Below are positions 34,504 to 44,198 of a stretch of 64,000 nt of DNA, in pieces. This DNA comes from Desulfatiglandales bacterium (GTDB lineage: Bacteria > Desulfobacterota > DSM-4660 > Desulfatiglandales > Desulfatiglandaceae), in NCBI GenBank assembly GCA_963662465.1, contig OY759599.1:5024001-5088000 (forward strand). Direction: 5' to 3'. The translations under genes were made by a program, and so were the position numbers. Below the pieces are notes generated by a model that worked only from the letters and a program-made list of their open reading frames with translations, did no database searches and had not been told where the DNA came from. The number at the start of each line of letters is the position of its first letter. Within the stretch, counting starts at the first letter, position 1.

Positions 34504-35853
34504 TCAGGATGCTCCCTTTTTGATACTATATTTATTCATTTTGTTGTAAAGGGTCTGACGGTCGATATCCAGCTCCCGAGCAGCCTTGCTGATATTCCAC
34601 TCCGTCTGTTCCAGCATCCTGAATATATGGGCTTTTTCCATCATTTTCAGTGATTTTGGGGAGTCCGAAACGCTCGCATCGGTACGGGAAAAGGGAAGAT
34701 CTTCGATCAAGATCTCTTTTCCCCCGCCAATCACCAAAGCCCTTTCGATAATATTTTCCAATTCTCTGACATTTCCGGGCCAATGATAATCCATCAATTG
34801 GCGCAAGGCCGCCGGACCGATTTTCACGATTTCCCGGTTCATTTCCATGCACTGTTGCTTCACAAAAGCCTTTGCCAACAGGGGAATATCTTCCTTTCGC
34901 TCCCGCAGGGGCGGGACATGAATCGAAATCACATTAAGACGGTAAAACAGATCTTCTCGAAATTCACCTTTCTTAATAGACGCATCAAGGTCCCGATTGG
35001 TGGCTGCCAGTATGCGAACATCCACTTCGATGGCGCTTTCACTTCCCAATCGGAAGAACTCCTTCTGCTGAAGAACCCGCAGTAGATCCACCTGGGTTTT
35101 GTGGCTGATATCACCGATTTCATCCAAAAGAATCGTTCCACCCTGGGCCATCTCGAAGCGCCCCCGTTTGGTGTGGTCCGCCCCGGTAAAAGCGCCTTTT
35201 TCATAGCCGAATAATTCGCTTTCCAGCAGGGAATCCGGCAGGGCGCCGCAATTCACCGCCACAAACGGCATATAACAACGGTTGCTGTTGCCATGAATGG
35301 CCTTGGCAATCAACTCCTTTCCAGTGCCGCTCTCTCCCGTAATCAATACCGTGGAATCCGACGACGCCACACGATCGATCAAGTCAAAGATATCCTGCAT
35401 AACCTGGCTCTTGCCGATAATCTCATCATACTGGTACTGTTCCTCCAGCCGTTTTCGAAGCAAGATGTTTTCAAGAATCACTTCCTTATGGGCCAGAATT
35501 TTTTTGATCTGGAGCTCAATCTCATCCGGATCAAAGGGTTTCACCAGGTAATCAAAAGCCCCTTCCTTCATAGCATGCACCGCCGTATCCACCGTGGCGT
35601 AGGCCGTCATCATCAGCACCTCCGAATCCGGGCTGATTTCCTTGATGCGGCGCATGGTTTCAAGGCCATCGATTCCCGGCATCTTCAAATCAAGGAGGAT
35701 AACATCATATTGAGCCTCCCCAACCTTTAAAACGGCATCTTCTCCGTCAACGGCCAGGGCCACGCGATACCCATCTTCCATGAGCCAATCCTTGAGGGAC
35801 TCGCGTATGGCGGCTTCATCATCCACAACGAGAATGCTGGGCATTTTATTCAT
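34504..35853 (-). CDS. Sigma-54-dependent response regulator (REC-AAA+-Fis HTH, NtrC family)
   Basis: ILVVDD, LLDLKMP, GESGTGKE, GAFTGA, WPGNVREL, HTH; start moved to ATG 35853 after AAGGAG. Confidence 0.96.
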   Translation of the reverse strand: MNKMPSILVVDDEAAIRESLKDWLMEDGYRVALAVDGEDAVLKVGEAQYDVILLDLKMPGIDGLETMRRIKEISPDSEVLMMTAYATVDTAVHAMKEGAFDYLVKPFDPDEIELQIKKILAHKEVILENILLRKRLEEQYQYDEIIGKSQVMQDIFDLIDRVASSDSTVLITGESGTGKELIAKAIHGNSNRCYMPFVAVNCGALPDSLLESELFGYEKGAFTGADHTKRGRFEMAQGGTILLDEIGDISHKTQVDLLRVLQQKEFFRLGSESAIEVDVRILAATNRDLDASIKKGEFREDLFYRLNVISIHVPPLRERKEDIPLLAKAFVKQQCMEMNREIVKIGPAALRQLMDYHWPGNVRELENIIERALVIGGGKEILIEDLPFSRTDASVSDSPKSLKMMEKAHIFRMLEQTEWNISKAARELDIDRQTLYNKMNKYSIKKGAS

Positions 35854-37930
35854 TTTTGGCTCCTTCTTCTGAAAGCGGCAAACGAATGGTAAAGGTACTG
35901 CCTTTTCCCGGTTCGCTTTCCACACGAATGGTTCCCTTGTGCCTCGTCACGATTCCGTAAACCACGGAAAGCCCCAAGCCAACCCCCTTACCCTCTTCCT
36001 TGGTGGTGAAAAACGGTTCAAAAATACTTTTCAAATGCGCTCTGGGAATACCACATCCCGTATCGGAAATTCTGATTTCCATGGCGCATCCCTCCGCTGA
36101 ACGCTTTGCCGTCAGGGTCAAAATGCCCCCTTCGGCCATGGCTTCGGACGCGTTCCCAATAATATTCAACAGGGCCTGCTGCATCTGTCTAAAATCGCAT
36201 TGAACATTGGGCAAGTCCTCACAGACATGCTTGACCACCCGAACCCCCTTCATCTCCAGATCATGGGACAAAAGGGCCAGGGTCCGGTCCACAATCTCGT
36301 TGATGTTCCGGCTTTCGATGCTGATTTTGGACTGGCGGGAAAAAGCCAGAAGATTCTTCACAATTTCTCCACACCGCGCCGTCTCGGATTCCATGATGCC
36401 GAGGTATTTCGCGATATCATCTTTTCTTTCAGGCGTCAGACGATCATTCTGATTTTGCTTAATCATGAGGCGGTTATAAGTTAACACCGCCGCCAGGGGA
36501 TTGTTGATCTCATGGGCAATGGTGGCGGATAATTTTCCCAGAGACGCAAGCTTTTCCGAAGCAATCACCTGGTCCTGGGCCTCTTTGAGTTCCTGATAAG
36601 CCTTTTTCAAGTTTTCGTAAAGAGCGGCGTTTTCCACCGCCACACCGATCTGGTTGCCGATGGCCGACAGAAACTCCAGATAATCGTCTGAAAAATCAAA
36701 ATTAGAACGACTGGTAACGACCATTGCCCCCACGGGCTCGCCCTTGGATACCAGGGGGACATAAATGGCAGACTGGATCCCTTCCTCCGCAAACAAATCA
36801 GCATAGGGATCTTCAGAATTCGCCAGATCGCAAACCACTGTTGTTGCCGATGTGGCAACGCTTTTCCCCAAAATCCCCTGCCCTATTTTACGGGTTTTAA
36901 TGCTCCTGTTTCCCACAAACCGTGAAGACAACCCCTTACTGGCAAGTAGGTCCAAAGTCTGCCTTTCTTTATCAAGCAGATAGATTCTCACACTTACCGA
37001 ATCGAGAATTCCCAAAATTTTTTCGATGGTGTTATGAAATATTTTATTGAGATCCAGACTGCTGCCGATGGCCATGGATGTGGCGTTTAAGGTTGCCAGC
37101 CACTTGTTCCGCCACTCAATCTGCGCCTGTGCCCTTTTTTGCCGGGTGACATCCCGGACAATAAACACATACCCGGTAATCCGCCCTACCACATTCAAAG
37201 TCACATTGGATGTTAACCGCCCATCAAAGGCAACGCCGTCTTTTCGCAAAAGCGAGGCCTCGAATCCTGTGATAAACCCATCTCGAAATAATTTTTTCTG
37301 AAACGCCTTAAGGTCGTCATTATTTTCGAAAAGCGCCGTTGCCGAATCCAAAGCCATCAATTCTTCCCGTTTTAAATACCCGAGGATACCCACGCCTGCC
37401 TGATTCACATCCAGGATTCGACCTTTTGGATCCGTGAGCATAATGGCGTCTCCGGACCGTTCAAAAATCGTCCGGTATTTTTCTTCCGATTGCCGCAAAT
37501 GATTCAACCGCTCCGATATGGCCTGTTCAAGACTGCCGGCCAACCGCGACAGTGCTTTCAGGGGTTGCGTGTTTTCGGTGATATCGACAGCCGTCTCCAG
37601 CACATAAACAATCCTGTCCTGAGCATCTTTCACGGGGGTCGTCCTAAGCAACAATTGGACTTTTCGGCCGTCTTTCGTCACGACGGTCTTCTCATCTTGG
37701 TGGCTTTTCCCATCCTGAAATGTTTTTTCAACGATACATTCCGCACACCTTGAATCACTATGTTTCCAAGCCTGGAAACAAGAATCGTTGGGATGTCCTC
37801 CGAACCGATCCTTGAAAAGATCATTGGCCATAACGATCTCAAAGTTTCTGTTGATCGCGACAACATACTCCGTCATATTTTGCAGAAACCCCCGGTATTT
37901 TGTATCGGCTACTGCCTCAGGCTTGTCCAC
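35846..37930 (-). CDS. PAS-PAS-GAF sensor histidine kinase (no obvious TM helix)
   Basis: AHEINNPL H-box, N-box, DTGCGI, FFTTK, GVGLGL; first PAS carries C-x8-C-x2-C. Confidence 0.95.
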   Translation of the reverse strand: MDKPEAVADTKYRGFLQNMTEYVVAINRNFEIVMANDLFKDRFGGHPNDSCFQAWKHSDSRCAECIVEKTFQDGKSHQDEKTVVTKDGRKVQLLLRTTPVKDAQDRIVYVLETAVDITENTQPLKALSRLAGSLEQAISERLNHLRQSEEKYRTIFERSGDAIMLTDPKGRILDVNQAGVGILGYLKREELMALDSATALFENNDDLKAFQKKLFRDGFITGFEASLLRKDGVAFDGRLTSNVTLNVVGRITGYVFIVRDVTRQKRAQAQIEWRNKWLATLNATSMAIGSSLDLNKIFHNTIEKILGILDSVSVRIYLLDKERQTLDLLASKGLSSRFVGNRSIKTRKIGQGILGKSVATSATTVVCDLANSEDPYADLFAEEGIQSAIYVPLVSKGEPVGAMVVTSRSNFDFSDDYLEFLSAIGNQIGVAVENAALYENLKKAYQELKEAQDQVIASEKLASLGKLSATIAHEINNPLAAVLTYNRLMIKQNQNDRLTPERKDDIAKYLGIMESETARCGEIVKNLLAFSRQSKISIESRNINEIVDRTLALLSHDLEMKGVRVVKHVCEDLPNVQCDFRQMQQALLNIIGNASEAMAEGGILTLTAKRSAEGCAMEIRISDTGCGIPRAHLKSIFEPFFTTKEEGKGVGLGLSVVYGIVTRHKGTIRVESEPGKGSTFTIRLPLSEEGAKNE

Positions 37931-38097
37931 CCAGAACCTCCTCGCGGCTAACCATCATTTTTTAAGCATAACCTTACATCGCCGCCCTCATATTTTCGCA
38001 ACGCTTCAGAACAGCAACAGGAAATAAACCGTAACTATGGATTAAAGCATAATAACACGCTTCAATCAAGCGGAATGGCACAACTACTAAATACTGC

Positions 38098-38140
38098 TTG
38101 ACAACAATGCAACTTTTGGAGATAACTGGTGTAAAAGTTG
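38098..38140 (+). promoter_or_regulatory. Putative sigma-70 promoter with overlapping inverted-repeat operator
   Basis: TTGACA 38098-38103; CAACTTTT-N15-AAAAGTTG 38110-38140; -10 weak (GATAAC). Confidence 0.55.
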
Positions 38141-38189
38141 AAATATATCTAAACTAATTGCCCTGATCAGGGGGGATAAGGATTCACTC

Positions 38190-38666
38190 ATGAATGTAGA
38201 TCTTTCACACACCAAGATGCTTATTGAAAAATACAGCCAGAAAAAGGGCGCATTAATTCCGCTCTTACAGGACATTCAAACAAACTACGGCTATGTTCCT
38301 GATGAGGCTGTGAAACTCGTAGCGCAAGAACTGTCGATCTTCCCCGTGGAAATTTATGGCGTTTTGACCTTCTATACGCAATTCTGCTTAACACCGCGTG
38401 GAGAACACACAATCAGAGTTTGCCAGGGAACGGCCTGTCATGTGATGGGCGCCAAGGGCTTGTTTGATTATCTTCTGGACAAGCTGGAAGTTGAAGAAGG
38501 CGAAACTACGGAAGATGGCTTTTTCACAGTGGAACGCGTAGCATGTCTTGGGTGCTGCGGAATGGCGCCCGCAGTTATGATCGATGACGACTTTTATGGA
38601 CGCTGCAATATTCAAAACATTGAAGAAACATGGGATAAGTATCGATCGGAGAATGCGGGATCATGA
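38190..38666 (+). CDS. NuoE/HydC-like [2Fe-2S] subunit
   Basis: VCQGTACHV and VACLGCC ligands; LIPLLQDIQ. Confidence 0.95.
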   Translation: MNVDLSHTKMLIEKYSQKKGALIPLLQDIQTNYGYVPDEAVKLVAQELSIFPVEIYGVLTFYTQFCLTPRGEHTIRVCQGTACHVMGAKGLFDYLLDKLEVEEGETTEDGFFTVERVACLGCCGMAPAVMIDDDFYGRCNIQNIEETWDKYRSENAGS

Positions 38667-40417
38667 AAAATAAAATACTGATATGCAATGGAACCAGTGG
38701 AATTTCGGCCGGTTCGAGAAAAGTCGGTCAGTTCTTTGAGGAGGGACTGGAACGTCTCAATTTACAGGATCGCTATGATGTCGTTATGACTGGCGACCGC
38801 GGCTTATTCAGGGATGTATTGGTTGACATTGTCAGACCGAATGCTGAGAGAATCACCTACGAATACGTCAAACCTGAAGATGTACAAGCAATTCTGGAAC
38901 AGCACTTGGTGAAGGGTGAACCGGTCGAAAAACTGCTGGCCGGAGAAGATTATCGGCAATTTTTTGCCAGTCAAACCCGCATTGTGCTTGCCAATTGCGG
39001 CGAAATCGACCCGAAGAGCATTGATGACTATCTGGCGCACAACGGCTATAAAGCATTACAAAAAGCACTCAAAATGACCCCTGAGATCGTGGTCGAAAAA
39101 ATGAAAATATCCGGATTGCGCGGCCGAGGCGGGGCCGGATTTTCGACCGGAATGAAGTGGGATTTCTGCAGGCAGGCCAAAGGCGACCAGAAATATATGG
39201 TTTGCAATGCGGATGAAGGCGATCCCGGCGCGTTCATGGATCGCAGCGTGCTGGAGGGTGATCCTCACGCTGTCGTTGAAGGCATGATTATTGCGGGCTA
39301 TGCCATCGGCGCCACGGAAGGCTACGTCTACTGCCGAGCTGAATATCCCATTGCCATCAAACGCTTAACCAGAGCCATTGCTCAGGCGGAAAAGCGCGGC
39401 TATTTGGGAAAAAATATTCTGGGCAGCGATCATTCGTTTCATCTGACCATCAAACAGGGGGCAGGGGCCTTTGTCTGCGGCGAAGAGACCGCGCTGCTCG
39501 CGTCAATCGAAGGACTGCGGGGGATGCCTAAGCCGCGGCCGCCGTTTCCGGCTCAAAAAGGGTTGTGGGGAAAACCAACCACCATCAATAATGTTGAAAC
39601 ACTGGCCAATATCCGCCATATTTTTCAAAAAGGAGCGGAATGGTTTGCCTCCATCGGCACGGAGAAAAGTAAAGGGACAAAAGTCTTTGCGCTTGCGGGG
39701 AAAGTCAAAAACACAGGACTCGTGGAAGTTCCCATGGGCATGACGATTCGAGATCTAATCTTCGGCCCGGGCGGCGGCATGCTCAAAAAGAAGGACAAGT
39801 TCAAAGGCATCCAGCTTGGCGGCCCTTCCGGCGGCTGCTTGCCGGAAAGTTTGTTGGATACCCCCATTGACTATGAATCGATCAATCAGACCGGCGCAAT
39901 TATGGGTTCCGGTGGGATGGTCGTCATGGACACGCGCACCTGCATGGTGGATGTCGCCAGATTTTTCTTAGAGTTCACCGTGGCGGAATCCTGCGGAAAA
40001 TGCGTACCCTGCCGCATCGGCTTGAAACGCACCCTGGAAGTGCTTGATGAGATCACCGCGGGACGCGGAAAAGAAGAACATCTGACGTTTCTCAAAGAGA
40101 TGGGAAACACCATTAAAAACACAGCCTTGTGCGGGCTTGGCAACACCGCGCCAAATCCTGTTTTAACCACATTGCGCTATTTTCCGGAAGAATATCAAGC
40201 ACACATTCACGACCGTGAGTGTCCATCACATGTATGTACGGCATTGGTGAAATTTGAGTTTATTCAAGCAAACTGCACCAAATGCGGACTCTGTTCTAAA
40301 GCCTGTCCGGTAGGCGCAATTTCATGGGAAAAAAAGCAATATCCAATCCTTGATAAGACCAAATGCATAAAATGTAAAACCTGCATTGATGCATGTAACT
40401 TTGAGGCGATACAATGA
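38663..40417 (+). CDS. NuoF/HydB-like FMN/NADH-binding Fe-S subunit
   Basis: GLRGRGGAGF, CNADEGDPGAFMDR, GGPSGG, ESCGKCVPCR, C-terminal 2x[4Fe-4S]. Confidence 0.95.
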   Translation: MKNKILICNGTSGISAGSRKVGQFFEEGLERLNLQDRYDVVMTGDRGLFRDVLVDIVRPNAERITYEYVKPEDVQAILEQHLVKGEPVEKLLAGEDYRQFFASQTRIVLANCGEIDPKSIDDYLAHNGYKALQKALKMTPEIVVEKMKISGLRGRGGAGFSTGMKWDFCRQAKGDQKYMVCNADEGDPGAFMDRSVLEGDPHAVVEGMIIAGYAIGATEGYVYCRAEYPIAIKRLTRAIAQAEKRGYLGKNILGSDHSFHLTIKQGAGAFVCGEETALLASIEGLRGMPKPRPPFPAQKGLWGKPTTINNVETLANIRHIFQKGAEWFASIGTEKSKGTKVFALAGKVKNTGLVEVPMGMTIRDLIFGPGGGMLKKKDKFKGIQLGGPSGGCLPESLLDTPIDYESINQTGAIMGSGGMVVMDTRTCMVDVARFFLEFTVAESCGKCVPCRIGLKRTLEVLDEITAGRGKEEHLTFLKEMGNTIKNTALCGLGNTAPNPVLTTLRYFPEEYQAHIHDRECPSHVCTALVKFEFIQANCTKCGLCSKACPVGAISWEKKQYPILDKTKCIKCKTCIDACNFEAIQ

Positions 40418-42501
40418 TACAGATAACAATTGATGACCAACAATTACAGGTGGAAAACGGAAAAACCGTCCTTGAAGCGGCCCTTGATGCCGGAATCTAT
40501 ATTCCCAATTTATGCTATCATCCCGATTTACCCCCCCTGGGAGCATGTCGTTTATGCCTGGTCGAAATTGATGGAATGCGAGGATTGCCGCCGGCCTGTA
40601 CCACTTATGCATCTGAAGGGATGATGGTTCGTACCAATACGGCACAACTTCAGGAATTTCGGAAAAATATTATCTGGTTATTATTAAGCGACCACCCCAA
40701 AGACCTGGCGGAATCATCCCAGTTTAAAAAAGTGGTTGACTGGGTGGGGAAAAAAGATCTTTTGCCGGGCCATGTTTCACAACCCAGAAAACTGCCGGCA
40801 ATCCCACAGGATGAACCCGTTTATATTCGCGATCTGGCGCGCTGCATCCTATGCGAACGTTGTATCAGGATGTGTCAGGAAGTCCGGGGCATTGGCGCCA
40901 TTGGTTTAATTAATCGAGGCATTAAAACCTATGTGGGAACCCAGACGAATGTGCCAATCATGGATTCCGGGTGTAAATTCTGTGAAGCCTGCGTTGAAGT
41001 CTGTCCCACCGGGGCCTTAAGGGATAAAACATCCTTCACCCAAGAGGAACGCGAAACCCACATTCTGCCCTGCACAAACACCTGTCCAGCCGGGATCGAC
41101 GTGGCGCGCTATGTCCGTCTGATTGCCGAAGGCCGTTATCAGGATGCCATTGAAGTGATTCGTGAAACCGTGCCTCTTCCCTATACCCTGGGCTGTGTTT
41201 GTCCGCACCCATGCGAAGAGGCATGTCGGAGAGGCGAGGTCAACGAGGCCATCAGCATCCGTGCGTTGAAGAAATTTGCGGCGGAACGCGACACGGGGCG
41301 TTGGCGCGAAAAACTTAAAATCCTCCCCGATACCGGCAAAAAAGTTGCGATTATCGGCTCAGGGCCGGCCGGATTGACCGCCGCCTGGTTTATCAGAAAG
41401 AAAGGCCATGCGGTTACAATTTTTGAATCCTTATCCAAAGGCGGCGGAACCATGCGGATTGGAATCCCTGAATATCGTCTGCCCCGTCATGTTCTGGATC
41501 AGGAAATCAAAGACATTGAGAATATCGGGGTGGAATTCCGTTACAATACAAGGGTTGAATCTCTCAACGATCTCTTTGACCAGGGATTTAACGCCATCTT
41601 TCTGGGGATGGGAGCGATTCAGGGCACCACCATGGGAATTCCGGGCGAAGAGGATCCGCGCGTATTGAACGGTCTGTCAGTGTTGCGGGAAATTAACATC
41701 GAAGGAAAATCCGAATTGAAAGGCCGGATAGCCGTGGTCGGCGGTGGAAACGTGGCCATTGACGTGGCACGTTGCGGCTTGCGTGTGGGCGCGGAACAGG
41801 TGACCATGCTGTACCGGCGCACGCGTCAGGAAATGCCCGCTTCACCGGAGGAAGTCGAGGCCGCTTTGAATGAAGGGGTTAAAATCGACTTTCTGGTGGC
41901 CCCCATTCGCGTCATCGCCCGAGACGATTGTCTGCAAGTCGAATGTATCCGCATGGAATTGGGGGAACCCGATGCCGGCGGTCGCCGTCGTCCGGTTCCC
42001 ATTGAAGGCAGCGAATTCATTTTAGAGGTTGATCGATTTATCATGGCCATCGGGCAAAAATCGGTCATTCCCAACAACTTTGGCATCACGCTGGACAGGC
42101 GCGGATATATCCGGGCCGACAATACCAGAGCCGTTCCACGAAAAAGAGTGTTTACGGGCGGCGACGTGATGAGCGGCCCGGCAACGGTTATTGAGGCTGT
42201 TCAAGCCGGAAGGGAAGCCGCCTCGGAGATTGACAAACATCTGGGGGGCACAGGCGACATTTTGCAGCGCTTCATTCCCGAAGAACAGGAAAATCCATTT
42301 CTCGGCCGAGATGAAGGATTTGCCTATCAACCACGGATGCATGAAGAGATGACGCCGGTAAAGGAGTGTCTGAAAGGCTTTGGCGAGGTTGAACATGCGT
42401 TCGATGAAAAAACGGCCCTGGCGGAAGCGAAACGCTGTTTGCACTGCCAACTGCGCTTGACGATTTCCAAAGTACCGATGCCGCCTGAAAAATCGGAGTA
42501 G
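40414..42501 (+). CDS. Fusion of NuoG/HydA N-terminal Fe-S domains with a GltD/NfnL-like FAD-NADPH oxidoreductase
   Basis: IPNLC..GACRLC [2Fe-2S]; CILCERC and CKFCEAC; PCTNTCP, VCPHPCEEAC; GSGPAG; GGGNVAID; YRR. Confidence 0.9.
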   Translation: MIQITIDDQQLQVENGKTVLEAALDAGIYIPNLCYHPDLPPLGACRLCLVEIDGMRGLPPACTTYASEGMMVRTNTAQLQEFRKNIIWLLLSDHPKDLAESSQFKKVVDWVGKKDLLPGHVSQPRKLPAIPQDEPVYIRDLARCILCERCIRMCQEVRGIGAIGLINRGIKTYVGTQTNVPIMDSGCKFCEACVEVCPTGALRDKTSFTQEERETHILPCTNTCPAGIDVARYVRLIAEGRYQDAIEVIRETVPLPYTLGCVCPHPCEEACRRGEVNEAISIRALKKFAAERDTGRWREKLKILPDTGKKVAIIGSGPAGLTAAWFIRKKGHAVTIFESLSKGGGTMRIGIPEYRLPRHVLDQEIKDIENIGVEFRYNTRVESLNDLFDQGFNAIFLGMGAIQGTTMGIPGEEDPRVLNGLSVLREINIEGKSELKGRIAVVGGGNVAIDVARCGLRVGAEQVTMLYRRTRQEMPASPEEVEAALNEGVKIDFLVAPIRVIARDDCLQVECIRMELGEPDAGGRRRPVPIEGSEFILEVDRFIMAIGQKSVIPNNFGITLDRRGYIRADNTRAVPRKRVFTGGDVMSGPATVIEAVQAGREAASEIDKHLGGTGDILQRFIPEEQENPFLGRDEGFAYQPRMHEEMTPVKECLKGFGEVEHAFDEKTALAEAKRCLHCQLRLTISKVPMPPEKSE

Positions 42502-42522
42502 CCCCCCCCTCAATTCAACGTG

Positions 42523-42547
42523 GTGCAAGCGATAATATCGCTTGCAC
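42523..42547. repeat. Perfect 12-bp-arm palindrome
   Basis: GTGCAAGCGATA-A-TATCGCTTGCAC, no U-tract. Confidence 0.85.
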
Positions 42548-42605
42548 TCCAACTAAATCTACCCTCCTCCCCCTTATATCGAAATTTTAGGTGCTCTATA
42601 ATTCA

Positions 42606-42635
42606 TTGACACAATGGCAACAGATTCCGTATAGT
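42606..42635 (+). promoter_or_regulatory. Putative sigma-70 promoter of the hdrCBA-mvhD-metVF operon
   Basis: TTGACA-N18-TATAGT. Confidence 0.6.
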
Positions 42636-42682
42636 CTGCCTCCAAAAAATGAAAGTCCCCTATCTTTTAAGGAGCCGTCAGA

Positions 42683-43309
42683 ATGAAGCCCCCCGTACTG
42701 GTGTACAAAAAAGAGAGAAGTCGTAGAATCGTTGATGAGGTAATCAAACGATCCGGCCAAAACATATTGGCCTGTTACCAATGCAGACGATGCGCTGCCG
42801 GCTGTCCGGTAGGCGACGACGCGGGCATGACACCGGATCATTTGATTCGACTGATTATCATGGGTGACCGAAATGCTGCATTGCAAAGCCAATTGGTCTG
42901 GAAGTGTGTTTCCTGCTACACCTGCGGCACCCGATGTCCCAATGAGATCCACACCGCCAGGGTGACCGAAACCTTGAAAAAAATGGCCAAGGAAGAACAT
43001 CTGGCGCCATTGTCCCCAAAGGTCAAGACTTTCCACGATGCTTTTTGTACGGCGGCCAAGCATATGGGCAGGGTCAATGAAATGGAATTCATGGGTCTAT
43101 ATGAAATGCAGAATACACTCCATGAATTGTCAAAGGCAAACTTAAAGGGGATTGTCAAAGAATTGAAAAGTCAGGCCAAAATGGGACTCGCCATGACCCA
43201 AAAAAAGCGAATGCATTTTGGTGTTGAGAAAGTCAAAGACAGCTCGGAACTGAAACGCCTTTTCAAAATTGCCGAAAATAAGAAAGCCGATCAGAAATCA
43301 CAAACCTGA
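42683..43309 (+). CDS. hdrC: Heterodisulfide reductase subunit C-like
   Basis: CYQCRRCAAGCP and WKCVSCYTCGTRCP. Confidence 0.92.
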   Translation: MKPPVLVYKKERSRRIVDEVIKRSGQNILACYQCRRCAAGCPVGDDAGMTPDHLIRLIIMGDRNAALQSQLVWKCVSCYTCGTRCPNEIHTARVTETLKKMAKEEHLAPLSPKVKTFHDAFCTAAKHMGRVNEMEFMGLYEMQNTLHELSKANLKGIVKELKSQAKMGLAMTQKKRMHFGVEKVKDSSELKRLFKIAENKKADQKSQT

Positions 43310-43322
43310 ACAAGAGGTCAAA

Positions 43323-44198
43323 ATGAATATCGCCTATTTTCCGGGATGCACTCTGCACGCATCCAGCAAGCTCTATGATGTTCAATCAAAACTGGTCCTC
43401 AATAAGCTGGACGTCCAACTGAAGGAACTGGATGATTGGAACTGCTGCGGCGCCACGTCGGCGAGCAAAACCGATGACTTTCTGGCCATGGCCATGCCCG
43501 CCAGGAATTTGGGTATCGCGGATCATATGGGATTGAGTCATCTCGTTATCCCCTGCTCCGCCTGTTACAGCCGAATGCGGGTTGCTAAAAAAAGGCTTGA
43601 ATCGGACGAGCCCTTAAAGAAAGAGATTAACGGTGAACTCAAGAAAAAAGTAACGGGAAAAACAGAAATTATCAGTATCCTGGAGCTGCTGGTTTCTCTC
43701 ATGGGGACCCGTGAATGGAAAATGAATACACACAAGTACCTCAGGACCTTGAGGCCCGCCTGCTATTACGGATGTATGCAAACGCGCTTTCCCGTTGATC
43801 TCCACGTCCCTGATAATGTTGAAAACCCCCAGAGCATGGAGTTTATATTAAGGGCACTTGGCGCCAGGCCTATCGACTGGAGCTATAAAACAGACTGTTG
43901 CGGGGCATCAGCGTCGGTCAATGATCCGGATTTGGCCCATGGCCTGATGGCGAACATCATGCGGGATGCCATCGCCAGGGAGGCGGATTGTTTCGTCACA
44001 TCCTGCCCCATGTGTCAGCTCAACCTGGACGCCTATCAGGAACAGCTAAGGAAAACCCACAATATCGGTAAAAGCATGCCGGTATATTTGATTACCGAAT
44101 TGGTGGGCCTGGCCATGGGCATGGAACCTGAAGAACTTCAAATTGATCGTCATTTTGTGGATGCGGTCGGTCGCGTGAAGGAGCTGCCGTTATTATGA
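43323..44198 (+). CDS. hdrB: Heterodisulfide reductase subunit B-like (CCG domains)
   Basis: YFPGC, NCCGA, PCSAC, YYGC, DCCGA, SCPMCQ; start moved to ATG 43323 after GAGG. Confidence 0.93.
   Translation: MNIAYFPGCTLHASSKLYDVQSKLVLNKLDVQLKELDDWNCCGATSASKTDDFLAMAMPARNLGIADHMGLSHLVIPCSACYSRMRVAKKRLESDEPLKKEINGELKKKVTGKTEIISILELLVSLMGTREWKMNTHKYLRTLRPACYYGCMQTRFPVDLHVPDNVENPQSMEFILRALGARPIDWSYKTDCCGASASVNDPDLAHGLMANIMRDAIAREADCFVTSCPMCQLNLDAYQEQLRKTHNIGKSMPVYLITELVGLAMGMEPEELQIDRHFVDAVGRVKELPLL

Noticed and set aside
38190..42501. Respiratory complex I (nuoEFG) or [FeFe]-hydrogenase call
   Set aside because: No membrane nuo genes and no H-cluster motifs; the third subunit ends in a GltD-like domain.
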